Below, piece by piece: positions 9,451 through 20,059 of a DNA stretch of 64,000 nt. The number at the start of each line of letters is the position of its first letter. Position 1 is the stretch's first letter. Position numbers and translations under genes: made by a program. The DNA is from Calditrichales bacterium (GTDB lineage Bacteria > Calditrichota > Calditrichia > Calditrichales > J004): NCBI GenBank assembly GCA_965267575.1, contig OZ254086.1, positions 4,320,001 through 4,384,000 of the forward strand, written 5' to 3'. A model generated the notes under the pieces. The model did not search any database. It saw only the letters and a program-made list of their open reading frames with translations, and was not told where the DNA came from.

Positions 9451-10709
9451 GGCGCCTGTTCTTTTATATGCGTTTTGTACCACGCGGCGCTTTGACGGGC
9501 ACTTCGCGCATAGTGGTCATCAAAATCCACTTGATACAACCCGAAACGCGGCTTTGTGCCTTCCAGCCATTCGTAATTGTCGGTAAACGACCAGTAAAAA
9601 TAGCCCTGCAGCGGCCATCCTTTGCGCCGGGCTTTGTCCACAAAATCCAGGTGACGCTGCAAAAAATCGACGCGTTCGGAATCGTTCTCTGTGGCAATGC
9701 CGTTTTCGGTGATCATGAACGGTTTGCCGGTTTTATTAACAAGATTCATAAAATCCCACAATCCGCGACTGTGGTTTTCCCAACCCATCATGCTTTGCCC
9801 TTCCCCGCCGGCTTCACGAAAATACATTTGAAAAGGCCGATGCCTGTTAAACGCAAACTTCACATGCATGCGGTAATAATAATTGATACCCCAAAAGTCG
9901 ATGGCATCATCCAGGGCAATATCGCGATTAAAAGAAACCAGCGGCGCCAGCCTGAATTGCAATCTGTTATTACAAAAAGCTTTTAACAGCATACGATTGT
10001 AAAACTGGTCCATGATGTATTGCATACCGTGGTCCGGCAGATACCAACTACGCCCGGCCCGGAAGCTGATGAAATTTTTGGCGATGCCAACCTGTGCCTG
10101 AGGACGCTGCTCATGGATGAGATCATAAACGCGACGGTGCGCCACGAGCATGTGATACAATCCCAGCATAGCCCTGTTTAAATCGGATTCCCCCGGCGGA
10201 AAACGGCCGTCACCGTAGGCGGCCAAGAGCCAGACCAGCGGTTCATTCAGGGTGATAAAACGCTTTACCTGCGGCGGAAGATGGTTCAGCAGCTTGCCTA
10301 CAAAGCGTTCAAAAACAGCAACGGATTTTTCCGCGGTCCAGGGGTTCTCCCGATGGAACCAGGCCGGATGCGAAAAATGCAACAATGTCACCAGCGGCTC
10401 AATGCCATATTGCAGTAGGCGCTCGATCATCCGTGTGTATTGCTGCAGGGCCTGCTCATCCCAGACGCCGGGCTGCGGCTCGATGCGCGCCCATTCCAGC
10501 GAGAGGCGGTAGGCATTTACGCCCAGCTCGCGCAGTAATTGGAAATCCCTTTCCCACATCTGCCAGTGATTGGCCGCCTTGCCATACAGCACGGGTTTTC
10601 CGTTTGCTTTAAACCGGCCCTGCCGCTCCCATTCCGTCATGTCATTTTCGATGTGCCCTTCGCTTTGAAAAGCGGAGCTGGCGACACCCCACAAAAATTT
10701 ATTGTCCAT
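9447..10709 (-). CDS. Glycoside hydrolase family 1 (beta-glucosidase-like)
   Basis: FLWGVASSAFQSEG, YRLSLEWARIEP, TLNEP (acid/base), ITENG (nucleophile), DNYEW. Confidence 0.93.
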   Translation of the reverse strand: MDNKFLWGVASSAFQSEGHIENDMTEWERQGRFKANGKPVLYGKAANHWQMWERDFQLLRELGVNAYRLSLEWARIEPQPGVWDEQALQQYTRMIERLLQYGIEPLVTLLHFSHPAWFHRENPWTAEKSVAVFERFVGKLLNHLPPQVKRFITLNEPLVWLLAAYGDGRFPPGESDLNRAMLGLYHMLVAHRRVYDLIHEQRPQAQVGIAKNFISFRAGRSWYLPDHGMQYIMDQFYNRMLLKAFCNNRLQFRLAPLVSFNRDIALDDAIDFWGINYYYRMHVKFAFNRHRPFQMYFREAGGEGQSMMGWENHSRGLWDFMNLVNKTGKPFMITENGIATENDSERVDFLQRHLDFVDKARRKGWPLQGYFYWSFTDNYEWLEGTKPRFGLYQVDFDDHYARSARQSAAWYKTHIKEQAP

Positions 10710-10838
10710 AAATGATGCTTTACACGCTGACAATTTTTATTTTCTGCCCGGATTGTTCTGTTTAATCAAAAACAGTAATCAGGAAATTACTTCTTAAATT
10801 TAAAATTCAAAAATTGCATTTGAACTAGAAGGTCGTTT

Positions 10839-11927
10839 ATGCAACTGGTACCCAAACATATCACGGATCTTCAGCCCTACAAAGCGGGCAAGTCCATAGA
10901 AGATCTGAAAAAGGAATTCAAGCTTTCGCGCGTGGTCAAGCTTGCTTCCAACGAAAATCCCATCGGGCCATCGCCCAAAGCACTGGAAGCCATAAAGGCG
11001 ACGCTGGACGGGTTGCACCGTTACCCGCACCCCGGCTTTCCCGAGTTGCGCGCTGCCCTGGCCAAACGCTTCGACGTGAAAACAGAAAACGTCATAACCG
11101 GCCACGGCTCGGAAGGGATCATGTCGCTGATCATGCGTACCTTCCTGCTCGATGATGAGGAGGTGCTGACATCAAAGGGTACTTTTATCGGTTTTCGGGT
11201 GCTGGCGCAATCGCGCGGTGTAAAGATGAATACTGTGCCGCAAACCAAAGATTACCGTATCGACCTGAAAGCGATCGCCAAGGCGATTACGCCTAAAACC
11301 AAAATTATTTACCTGGCCAATCCCAACAATCCCACCGGCTCCATTTTTACGGTGCGCGAGTTTCTGGATTTTATCAAACAGGTGCCGGAGCATGTTCTGA
11401 TCATTATGGATGAAGCCTATTTTGAGTTTTGTTTTGAAGATCCTGTTTATCCCGATTCGATGAAGTATCGCCTGGATAATGTGATCACGCTGCGCACATT
11501 TTCCAAGGCTTACGGGCTGGCCGGTATACGCATCGGCTATGGTTTTGCGCACGAAGACCTGATCTCCAACCTGATGAAGGTAAAGCTGCCCTTTGAACCC
11601 AGTATTCCGGCGCAGGCGGCCGGCCTTGCCGCCATGGATGACCATGATTTCCTGGAACAGTATATTCATCTGAACCAGCAAGGCATTCAGTTTTTATACA
11701 ACCTGTTTGATGAACTCGGCTTGCGATACATCCGCAGTTATGCCAATTTTGTTACGCTTGTGCTGGAAAACGAAGCTGCCGTTAACAGGATAAATAACGC
11801 TCTTTTACGCGAAGGCGTGATCGTACGGCCGCTGGCTTCTTTTGGTCTGCCCAATTGCCTGCGCGTTAACAGCGGCACCAAAGATGAGATGACATTTTTT
11901 GCCCAAAAGCTTAAAAAAGTTTTGTAG
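10839..11927 (+). CDS. hisC: Histidinol-phosphate aminotransferase
   Basis: KLASNENP, NPNNPTG, DEAY, RTFSKAYGLAGIRIGY. Confidence 0.92.
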   Translation: MQLVPKHITDLQPYKAGKSIEDLKKEFKLSRVVKLASNENPIGPSPKALEAIKATLDGLHRYPHPGFPELRAALAKRFDVKTENVITGHGSEGIMSLIMRTFLLDDEEVLTSKGTFIGFRVLAQSRGVKMNTVPQTKDYRIDLKAIAKAITPKTKIIYLANPNNPTGSIFTVREFLDFIKQVPEHVLIIMDEAYFEFCFEDPVYPDSMKYRLDNVITLRTFSKAYGLAGIRIGYGFAHEDLISNLMKVKLPFEPSIPAQAAGLAAMDDHDFLEQYIHLNQQGIQFLYNLFDELGLRYIRSYANFVTLVLENEAAVNRINNALLREGVIVRPLASFGLPNCLRVNSGTKDEMTFFAQKLKKVL

Positions 11928-11956
11928 GGATCGAACAAAAGAAATAAATCAGAGGC

Positions 11957-11985
11957 TTGAACGTCTGCGGAGGCCGTTGTATATT
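11957..11985 (+). promoter_or_regulatory. Sigma70-type promoter for rpoN
   Basis: TTGAAC-N17-TATATT about 40 bp upstream of the rpoN ATG. Confidence 0.55.
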
Positions 11986-12025
11986 GCAGATATCATGCCA
12001 AAAAGGAATAAAAAATAAATAACAC

Positions 12026-13489
12026 ATGAATCAGATATCACTCGGACAACATTTAAAACTCGAACAAAAACTGACGCCACAGCAAATTTTGCTGTCGACT
12101 TTGCTGCAATTGCCTCTGCTGAACCTGGAGCAACGCATCCTGAGTGAAATAGAACAGAACCCGCTTTTGGAAGAAGGTGAAGAGGAGGAAACTGAGACCG
12201 AGATCGATTCCACCGAGAAGGAAATGGAAGAGGTTGAGGAAGATCTGAAGCACCACGAGGACGAAAACTCCAACGAGGATTACGATAAAAAGGAGTTGGA
12301 AGAGGCTCAGGAAGACACCAACATTGAAGACCTGTTCAAGGATGAAGACACCTTCGAGATACGCATTCCCAAAGATAAAAATGAAGATGAATACGAGCGG
12401 CCCGAAATAAGCCGGGTCAGCCTGCAGGAACATTTGCAGGAACAGATGCATGTGGTAAAGTTCAACGACCTGGAGCGGGAGATTGGCGAGCACCTGATCT
12501 GGAATATCCGCGATGACGGCTACCTTGACAGCAGCGTGCACCTGAACCAGGTGGCGCATGATTTTGAGACCGACCTGGAAACAGTGGAAAAGGTCTTGCG
12601 CAAAATTCACAGGCTGGAGCCAACCGGCGTAGGCGCGCGCAGCCTGCAGGAATGCCTGCTGGTACAAATGGAAGAGCAGCCGGACCCCAACCCTGTGGCG
12701 CTGAAAATCCTGCGCGATCATTTTGAAGACTTTAAGAATAAGCGCTTTGACAAAATTTTAAATATCCTTGAAATAAACCGCGACCAGCTGCAGGAAGCGA
12801 TCGATTGCATTTTACGCCTTACGCCCAAGCCCGGCGAAGGCATGTTCGATGTACGTACCAACTACATCGTGCCTGATTTTACCGTGGAAAAAGTGGACGG
12901 TAAATTCATCGTCAGCCTGAATGACTGGAACATCCCGCCGCTGCGCATCAGCAAGACCTATAAAAATATGCTGCTTGACAAGAAAAACACCAGCAGCGAA
13001 ACAAAAAAATATCTGCGCGATAAGGTTGAAAAAGCCCGCTGGTTCATCACATCCATCTATCAGCGCAAAATGACCATGCTCAGAGTGATGGAGGCGATCG
13101 TTAACCGCCAGGAGGAATTTTTCGACAAAGGACCGGATTACATAAAGCCGCTCATCATGCGCGAAGTAGCCGATGATATCAAAATGGATATCTCCACTGT
13201 GAGCCGCGTTTGCAACAGCAAATACGTACAGACAGATTACGGCGTTTTTGAGCTGAAATACTTTTTCAATGAGAAAATTGAGAACGAAGAAGGCGAAGAA
13301 ATTTCCACGCGGATTGTTAAAAACCATATTCGCGAAGTGATCGGCAAAGAAGATCCAAAAAAGCCATTGAGTGATGACAAGTTATCACAGATCCTTAAAA
13401 AGCAAGGTTATCCCATCGCCCGGCGCACGGTGGCCAAATACCGCGAGCAGCTGGGCATCCCCGTGGCCCGTTTGAGAAGGGGTCTTTAA
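12026..13489 (+). CDS. rpoN: RNA polymerase sigma-54 factor
   Basis: Q/L-rich region I, acidic region II, PTGVGARSLQECL, STVSR helix-turn-helix, RpoN box ARRTVAKYRE. Confidence 0.97.
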   Translation: MNQISLGQHLKLEQKLTPQQILLSTLLQLPLLNLEQRILSEIEQNPLLEEGEEEETETEIDSTEKEMEEVEEDLKHHEDENSNEDYDKKELEEAQEDTNIEDLFKDEDTFEIRIPKDKNEDEYERPEISRVSLQEHLQEQMHVVKFNDLEREIGEHLIWNIRDDGYLDSSVHLNQVAHDFETDLETVEKVLRKIHRLEPTGVGARSLQECLLVQMEEQPDPNPVALKILRDHFEDFKNKRFDKILNILEINRDQLQEAIDCILRLTPKPGEGMFDVRTNYIVPDFTVEKVDGKFIVSLNDWNIPPLRISKTYKNMLLDKKNTSSETKKYLRDKVEKARWFITSIYQRKMTMLRVMEAIVNRQEEFFDKGPDYIKPLIMREVADDIKMDISTVSRVCNSKYVQTDYGVFELKYFFNEKIENEEGEEISTRIVKNHIREVIGKEDPKKPLSDDKLSQILKKQGYPIARRTVAKYREQLGIPVARLRRGL

Positions 13490-13578
13490 TAAAGGAAACA
13501 TTCCGCTTTTTTACGCTTATCTTAATTTTCCAACTCCGCAGGCTCATACAAAAACTAAATGATGTAAGGATTGAATAA

Positions 13579-14136
13579 ATGCCTGACAATACAACTCAAT
13601 TTCATGCGACGACAATTATCGGCATACGCCATAAAAACCAGGTGGCCATTGCCGGAGACGGCCAGGTAACGCTGGGCAACACGGTTATGAAAAACACGGC
13701 GCGCAAAATCCGCAGGCTTTATAGCAACAAGATTATCGCGGGTTTCGCCGGGGCTGCCGCCGATGCGTTCACCCTTTTTGAGCGCTTTGAAGAAAAGCTG
13801 GAACGCTACTCGGGAAACCTGCCCAAGTCGGCAGTGGAACTGGCCAAAGACTGGCGCTCCGACCGCTACCTGCGCCGTCTGGAGGCGCTGCTAATCGTAA
13901 TGGATGACAAAAACACCTTTGTCATTTCCGGCACCGGTGATATCATTGAACCGGATGACGGCATCGCGGCAATCGGCTCCGGCGGGTCCTTCGCGCTGGC
14001 AGCGGCACGCAGCATGATCAAATATTCAAAGCTCTCGGCGGCTGAAATCGCACGGGAGGCACTGGAAATCGCGGCCGATATTTGCATCTACACCAACAAA
14101 AATATCGCTGTGGAATCCCTGGATCAGGAGAAATAA
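13579..14136 (+). CDS. hslV: ATP-dependent protease subunit HslV
   Basis: HATTII (N-terminal Thr nucleophile after a short propeptide), [18 protein letters not shown]. Confidence 0.97.
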   Translation: MPDNTTQFHATTIIGIRHKNQVAIAGDGQVTLGNTVMKNTARKIRRLYSNKIIAGFAGAAADAFTLFERFEEKLERYSGNLPKSAVELAKDWRSDRYLRRLEALLIVMDDKNTFVISGTGDIIEPDDGIAAIGSGGSFALAAARSMIKYSKLSAAEIAREALEIAADICIYTNKNIAVESLDQEK

Positions 14137-15491
14137 TGAAAGAATTAACACCCATACAGATTGTAAAAGAACTGGACAAATACATCATCGGGCAGCGCAA
14201 GGCCAAGAAGATGGTGGCCATCGCCCTGCGAAACCGCTGGCGCCGGCAGCAGGTTGAAGACGACCTGCGCGAGGAAATCATGCCCAACAACATCATTCTG
14301 ATTGGCGCCACGGGCGTTGGTAAAACGGAAATATCGCGTCGCCTGGCCCGGCTGGCCGGTGCGCCGTTCACCAAGGTGGAAGCTTCCAAGTTTACGGAAG
14401 TGGGATACGTTGGTCGCGACGTGGAATCGATTATCCGCGACCTGACGGAGATCGGCATCCAGATGGTTCGAGAAGAGAAAACAGCCATGGTGCAGGACAA
14501 AGCGCGCGAGCAAGCAATGGAAAAAGTGCTCGATCTGTTGCTGCCGCCTCTGAGCAAAAGACCCAAGCCGGTCGGCGAAATGGAAGAAGGCGACGAACTG
14601 GAACTGCGCCACGAACGTACCCGGGAGAAACTGCGCGCCCAACTGCACGAAGGCAAGCTGGATGACCGCAAAGTGGAAGTGGACATCCCGCAGGACAACA
14701 CGCCGATGATGCAGATATTTTCGCCCATGGGCATCGAGGAGATGGGCCTCAACCTGCAGGAAATGTTTGGCGGCATGATGCCCAAGCGCTTTAAAAAACG
14801 AAAAACCACGGTGAAGGAAGCGATAGAAATTTTAACCCAGCAGGAAGCGCAAAAGCTGGTGGATATGGACGCCGTGGTGCGAGAGGCTATGGACCGTGTT
14901 CAGAACAGCGGCATCGTTTTTGTGGATGAGATCGACAAAATCGCCGGCGGTTCCTCCAAGCAGGGGCCGGATGTGTCGCGCGAAGGTGTGCAGCGCGATC
15001 TGCTGCCCATCGTAGAGGGAACGAGCGTAACCACCAAATATGGCATGGTCAAAACAGATCATATTCTGTTTATAGCCGCGGGCGCCTTCCACGTCAGCAA
15101 GCCCTCCGATCTGATTCCCGAGTTGCAGGGCCGCTTTCCGATCCGCGTAGAGCTGCAAAGCCTTAGCCAGGATGACTTCGTGCGCATTCTGACCGAACCC
15201 AAGAACGCGCTGATCACGCAATACAAGGCATTGCTGGAGACGGAAGGCGTAAAAATGGATTTCAGCAAGGAAGCAATCGCCGAAATTGCCGAAATTGCCG
15301 CGCAGGTAAATACACGTGCCGAAAACATTGGCGCGCGCCGCCTGCACACGATCATGTCCACGCTGCTGGAAGAGGTGCTGTTTGACGTGCCCGACAAAAA
15401 AGTGGATAAGATCGAGGTTTCCAAAGATATGGTGCGTGAAAAACTGCGCGATATTATCGAAGACGAAGACCTCAGTAAATATATACTGTGA
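14136..15491 (+). CDS. hslU: ATP-dependent protease ATPase subunit HslU
   Basis: ATG overlaps the hslV stop (TAATG); [38 protein letters not shown]-terminal YIL. Confidence 0.97.
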   Translation: MKELTPIQIVKELDKYIIGQRKAKKMVAIALRNRWRRQQVEDDLREEIMPNNIILIGATGVGKTEISRRLARLAGAPFTKVEASKFTEVGYVGRDVESIIRDLTEIGIQMVREEKTAMVQDKAREQAMEKVLDLLLPPLSKRPKPVGEMEEGDELELRHERTREKLRAQLHEGKLDDRKVEVDIPQDNTPMMQIFSPMGIEEMGLNLQEMFGGMMPKRFKKRKTTVKEAIEILTQQEAQKLVDMDAVVREAMDRVQNSGIVFVDEIDKIAGGSSKQGPDVSREGVQRDLLPIVEGTSVTTKYGMVKTDHILFIAAGAFHVSKPSDLIPELQGRFPIRVELQSLSQDDFVRILTEPKNALITQYKALLETEGVKMDFSKEAIAEIAEIAAQVNTRAENIGARRLHTIMSTLLEEVLFDVPDKKVDKIEVSKDMVREKLRDIIEDEDLSKYIL

Positions 15492-15552
15492 TCAGGCCGC
15501 ATAAATGCCGTTTGCGCGATTGAATTAATTGTGCTGCGAACGTATATTTCAG

Positions 15553-15584
15553 GCGCCTTCCGGTTTTCCGGCGGGCGTTTTTTG
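15553..15584 (+). terminator. Intrinsic terminator after hslU
   Basis: GCGCCTTCCGG-TTTT-CCGGCGGGCGT followed by a T run. Confidence 0.65.
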
Positions 15585-15649
15585 TTTGTAAGAATTTGAC
15601 ACTATCATGGAGGCTGCCCGCTGCGGGCGGATAAGAAAAAGGAGGCACT

Positions 15650-16564
15650 TTGAAACGCGATTTTGTATCCATAGCCGATTACAGCCGGCAAGAAATTGAA
15701 GCGATTTTTGATCTGACTGATGAATTAAAACAAAAAACAAAAAAGGGCGAAGAGCACCATCTGTGCAAAGGCAAAACCATGTCGATGATCTTCGCCAAGC
15801 CCTCAGCACGTACCCGTATCTCTTTTGAAACGGGGATGTACCAACTGGGTGGTTATGCCCTTTATCTATCGCCAAACGATATCGGCATTGGCAGCCGTGA
15901 AGCGGTTAAGGATATTGCCCGCGTCATCTCCCGCTATAACGACATTATCATGGCGCGTCTGTTCGACCACGCCCATATGATCGAGTTGGCCGAATACGCC
16001 GATGCGCCGGTCATCAATGGTCTTACGGACTACAACCACCCCTGCCAGATCATGGCCGACATGTTCACCATAAAAGAGCACAAAAAGCGCCATACTGACC
16101 TTAAGATCTGCTATATCGGTGACGGCAACAACATCGCCAACAGCTGGATCAACCTGGCTGCAAAGCTGCCCTTTCATTTGGTTATCTGTTCGCCTTCGGG
16201 CTATGAGCCGGATGCCAAAACGCTGGAAAATGCGCGTGCCGCGGGGATAAGTACCGTTGAAGTAATCAGCGATCCGCACAAAGCCGTGGACAACGCCGAT
16301 GTTATTTATACCGATGTTTGGGCCAGCATGGGCCAGGAAGCAGAGGCCATGCAGCGGAAAAAAGTTTTTATGCCTTACCAGGTTAATACCAAGCTGATGG
16401 AACACGCGCGCAAAGATGCTCTTGTTATGCACTGCCTGCCGGCCCACCGCGGCGATGAAATCACCGATGAGGTTATCGACAGCCCGCAGTCAATTGTTTT
16501 TGACGAGGCCGAGAACCGCATGCATGTGCAAAAAGCGATTATCGTAACATTGCTGAACAAATAA
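15650..16564 (+). CDS. argF: Ornithine carbamoyltransferase
   Basis: TTG start with GGAGG; SARTR carbamoyl-phosphate motif variant, HPCQ, DVWASMG, HCLP. Confidence 0.93.
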   Translation: MKRDFVSIADYSRQEIEAIFDLTDELKQKTKKGEEHHLCKGKTMSMIFAKPSARTRISFETGMYQLGGYALYLSPNDIGIGSREAVKDIARVISRYNDIIMARLFDHAHMIELAEYADAPVINGLTDYNHPCQIMADMFTIKEHKKRHTDLKICYIGDGNNIANSWINLAAKLPFHLVICSPSGYEPDAKTLENARAAGISTVEVISDPHKAVDNADVIYTDVWASMGQEAEAMQRKKVFMPYQVNTKLMEHARKDALVMHCLPAHRGDEITDEVIDSPQSIVFDEAENRMHVQKAIIVTLLNK

Positions 16565-16571
16565 ACCATTG

Positions 16572-16606
16572 AAAAAGGGCTGCCGTCAGCGGCGGCCCTT
16601 TATTTT
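16572..16606 (+). terminator. Intrinsic terminator after argF
   Basis: AAAGGGCTGCCG-TCAG-CGGCGGCCCTTT then ATTTT. Confidence 0.7.
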
Positions 16607-16610
16607 CCGG

Positions 16611-17630
16611 ATGAACCATCCACCCAAAAACACACATATCGAACAGCTTTCCGCAGATCAACACCGGCAGTGGGATAAGTTTGTCGAACAATCAGCGCAG
16701 GGCACACTGTTTCATACATCTGTCTGGGCAGGACTGGTTGAAAAGGTTTTTGGCAGACGTTGTCGCATAATTGTTCTAAAGAAGAGTGATGAAATTGAAG
16801 CCGGAATGATGTTCTGGCCACTTAAACGATCCTTTATCAACACTATTACACGCATAGCTGCCACCACCTACCAGGGGCCGTTGTTTAAAGACACCGAATC
16901 ATCCAAGAACTCGACCATCCGCTCGCAATACAATAAACGCTGCAATGCGTTGATTGCTTACATACAAAAGCACTACCATCTGATTGACATCCCCCTTTCC
17001 CCCGCCATAAGCGATGTGCGTCCCTTTCAATGGCAGGGTTTCAACACCTCGGTCGCCTATACCTACCGCTTTCAAATCCGCGAATATGAACAGCTGGAAC
17101 AGCAATTCAGCCAGGATTTGCGCCGGAAATTAAAGCAGATTGAATCCAAAAATGTCCGTTTTGAAAAATCTGAAGATTGCGACACCCTTGCCGGGTTTGT
17201 TGTAGAGAGCTACCGCCAGCATGGCATGAAACCGCCCGTTCCGGAAGAATCCATCCGCACATTAATCAGGGAAGCGCTGGCGCTAAAAATCGGATTGCTC
17301 TACTACCAATACGGGGGTGACCGGGTGGTGGCGGGCATTTTTGTGCTGCATGATGCGAGTTGTGTGTACGCCGTATTCAGCGGCATCGCGCCGGGCGAGA
17401 GAGAAAATGTTAACGGCGAACTGATCCACGCGCATGTTATGAGGGACCCGCAGCACCGTGGCAAAATATTCGATTTTCTGGGCGCCAACACGCAGGATCT
17501 GGAGCAGTTTAAAAGAAGCTTTGGCGGCGAACTGGTGCCTTATCCACAGGTCACATGGTGGCGCAACAACAGGGTTAAGATGTTGTTCAGACTTAAATCC
17601 GGTTATAACCTTCTAAAACGGAAAAGCTGA
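16611..17630 (+). CDS. GNAT/FemAB-like acyltransferase
   Basis: WDKFVEQSAQGTLFH, FDFLGAN, FKRSFGG; start placed after the argF terminator. Confidence 0.75.
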   Translation: MNHPPKNTHIEQLSADQHRQWDKFVEQSAQGTLFHTSVWAGLVEKVFGRRCRIIVLKKSDEIEAGMMFWPLKRSFINTITRIAATTYQGPLFKDTESSKNSTIRSQYNKRCNALIAYIQKHYHLIDIPLSPAISDVRPFQWQGFNTSVAYTYRFQIREYEQLEQQFSQDLRRKLKQIESKNVRFEKSEDCDTLAGFVVESYRQHGMKPPVPEESIRTLIREALALKIGLLYYQYGGDRVVAGIFVLHDASCVYAVFSGIAPGERENVNGELIHAHVMRDPQHRGKIFDFLGANTQDLEQFKRSFGGELVPYPQVTWWRNNRVKMLFRLKSGYNLLKRKS

Positions 17631-17687
17631 CCATGCTGCTTTATTGCAATGAGAGTTATCTGGTATGACTAAGTCAAACAAGCGAAG

Positions 17688-18803
17688 ATGAAAAACATCG
17701 TCTTCGTTTCTATAGATCCCTTGATTTACAGGCGGCGCGTGTTGAACCAAATGTCCGCTGCAGGCGACCTCGGGTTAAACGCCGCTGCGATTACACCGCG
17801 GCCGGAAATATCAAGTCAATTTCAAATCCATTATATCCAAACGCGGTATAAGCGCGGGCCGCTGCGTTTTATATCTTACAATCTACAGATACTGCGTTTG
17901 TTAAAAACATATAATAAGATTGACTTGATCCATGCGCGCGGGCTTTGGGTTTTACCGGCAGTAATTTCATTCAGGAAAAAACATGCCTGCACGGTTATTT
18001 ATGATGCCCATGAATATTTCCCGGGACACGAGCTATTTGAAAAAAGTCTTTGGCGCAGGCTCACCTGGCTAAAAATAGAAAAAAGGGCTATCCCGCTGAT
18101 TGATATGCTTATCACGGTATCACAGCCGCTTGCCGAAGAATATCGCCGGCTTTATCCGGACTTGAAAAAGGCTGAAGTTGTAAGAAATCTCCCCGCACTT
18201 AGGGATGAAATAATAGAAAAAGATATTAATGAAGATGATGCTACAGCCAGAATAATTTTCCACGGTTATTTTCTTCCGGGCAGAGCTCTTTTTTTTATTA
18301 TTGAAGCTTTATCACTTCTGGATGACACCGCCTTTGAAATGGTATTTTTGGGAGAAGGGCCGCTAAAAGAAGAAATGGAAGCACGCGTACAAGAAAACGA
18401 TCTCAGTTCAAAAGTACAATTTAAACCTTTTGTGGAAAGCGGACGCCTGTTAACAGAGATTAGCAGCGCCGATATTGGCTTGTGTCTCATAGAAGCCGAC
18501 TCTTTCAACCGTGAACATGCGTTGCCCAATAAGTTTTTTGAATATATTCATGCTGCCGTACCTGTTCTCGCCAGCAACATCCCGACGCTGCTGGAAATGA
18601 CTGAAAAACACCAAACGGGGATATGTGTCAACCCACGGGATAGCGCGGCCATTGCCCAATCGCTTCGCCGCATGATCGGCAACAAGAAAGAGCGCCTGCG
18701 CTGGCGGCAAAACTGCATTAAAGCCCGAAATGAGCTAAACTGGCAAAATGAAGAGAAAAAGCTGAAAGCCCTTTACCACTCTTTAATTCAGGGCACACCA
18801 TAA
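17688..18803 (+). CDS. GT4 glycosyltransferase
   Basis: IYDAHEY, FLGEGP, ADIGL, LPNKFFEY, PVLAS. Confidence 0.88.
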   Translation: MKNIVFVSIDPLIYRRRVLNQMSAAGDLGLNAAAITPRPEISSQFQIHYIQTRYKRGPLRFISYNLQILRLLKTYNKIDLIHARGLWVLPAVISFRKKHACTVIYDAHEYFPGHELFEKSLWRRLTWLKIEKRAIPLIDMLITVSQPLAEEYRRLYPDLKKAEVVRNLPALRDEIIEKDINEDDATARIIFHGYFLPGRALFFIIEALSLLDDTAFEMVFLGEGPLKEEMEARVQENDLSSKVQFKPFVESGRLLTEISSADIGLCLIEADSFNREHALPNKFFEYIHAAVPVLASNIPTLLEMTEKHQTGICVNPRDSAAIAQSLRRMIGNKKERLRWRQNCIKARNELNWQNEEKKLKALYHSLIQGTP

Positions 18804-20059
18804 TGTTGAATCGCCAGAACATTCAAAGAATTTTTGGAGAAACTATTTCTTCATCGCTGGCGCGCAACACCGCCTCGCTCTATGGCGCCATGGTCTTTAA
18901 TCTTATCCTGGGCTACGTGGTAGTAAAAATCAACAGTTCCCTGCTCGGTGTTGAAAAATTCGGGATTTACAGCTTTGTTTTGAATACCATTCTTTTTTCA
19001 CGCGTCCTGCTCAATTTTGGGCTTTTCGAAGGTGGTGCAAATTTTCTGGCGCGCCAGCAGAATCCTAAAGATATGCGTCATGCTTTCGCCGCCCTGTTAT
19101 TGCTTACGCTCATTCCGGCATTGCTAATGTGGCTTGGGCTTCTACTGGCCGCGCCTCTTGTCGACCGCTTTTTCGAAATAAAAGCAGGCTCGTTGATTGC
19201 CTTTTTTGCCCTGTTCAGCTTTCCGGTTTTGCTTCAGGCTTTTCTACAAAATGGCCTGCGTGGAAGCGGACACATTAAACTACTGTCAATATTTACATCC
19301 GTGCCGCGGATTTTTTATATCATTTTGATGTTATTGCTTTACGCAGGCGGTCTGTTTTCGCTAAAAGGTACGCTCAGCGCCTACCTTGGAACAATGCTTC
19401 TGGCGGCGATAATTTTTATCATTCCCTTAAAGCCGCTTTTTAGTCAAAGCATCACCTGGATGAAAAAAATCCTTGCAGAGGTGCGCAGCTTTGGGAGTCA
19501 TATTTATGTGGCAAACGCAATGACGGCGCTTTTTCAGCACAGTGATAAAATCATTCTGGCTTATTTTGTAAGCAGCCGCCAACTCGGCTATTACGCCCTG
19601 GCTTACGCGCTCACCTTTCCCCTTTCCCATTTTCCCAATGCGCTCGGTACAAGCGCTTTTCGCAGCTACGCGCAACGCAAGCGGATCGGCAAAAAGCATT
19701 TTGCGGTAAATACGACCGTTGTTATTCTGGCAGGCACCGCGCTGATCGTATCGCGCGAGTTTATTATCACCGTGCTGTTCAGCGAACGCTTTGCCGAAGC
19801 CCAGACTGTCTTTGTGTTGCTGGTGATTGCCTTTGGGCTGGGTGCGCTGGCTATTCCGCTTACGCTGTTTTTTAAGGCCAAAGGCAAGGGTCTGCACGTG
19901 CGTAATATTACCATCACGGCGCAACTGCTCTATTTACTGCTGATGTTTGTTCTGGTACCTATGTACGGGATCAACGGCGCGGCCTGGGCGGCAATCGTCG
20001 CTTTTACTCTGGACCTTATCCTCTACTTTTACTTTTATAAAAAGCTTTTTCCGGCCTGA
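18803..20059 (+). CDS. Wzx/MOP-family oligosaccharide flippase
   Basis: About 12 TM segments; LGVEKFGIYS, DKIIL, LGYYALA, YGINGAAWA. Confidence 0.85.
   Translation: MLNRQNIQRIFGETISSSLARNTASLYGAMVFNLILGYVVVKINSSLLGVEKFGIYSFVLNTILFSRVLLNFGLFEGGANFLARQQNPKDMRHAFAALLLLTLIPALLMWLGLLLAAPLVDRFFEIKAGSLIAFFALFSFPVLLQAFLQNGLRGSGHIKLLSIFTSVPRIFYIILMLLLYAGGLFSLKGTLSAYLGTMLLAAIIFIIPLKPLFSQSITWMKKILAEVRSFGSHIYVANAMTALFQHSDKIILAYFVSSRQLGYYALAYALTFPLSHFPNALGTSAFRSYAQRKRIGKKHFAVNTTVVILAGTALIVSREFIITVLFSERFAEAQTVFVLLVIAFGLGALAIPLTLFFKAKGKGLHVRNITITAQLLYLLLMFVLVPMYGINGAAWAAIVAFTLDLILYFYFYKKLFPA

Noticed and set aside
14082..14135. ORF-track N-terminal extensions (hslU; also pstS, M28, methyltransferase, Ser/Thr kinase, idi)
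   Set aside because: Downstream ATGs have an RBS, stop/start overlap or signal peptide and match the family N-termini
15650..16564. SART instead of STRT as a sign of a different carbamoyltransferase
   Set aside because: The ornithine-binding DxxxSMG and HCLP motifs are intact, and variation at this position is known in OTCases
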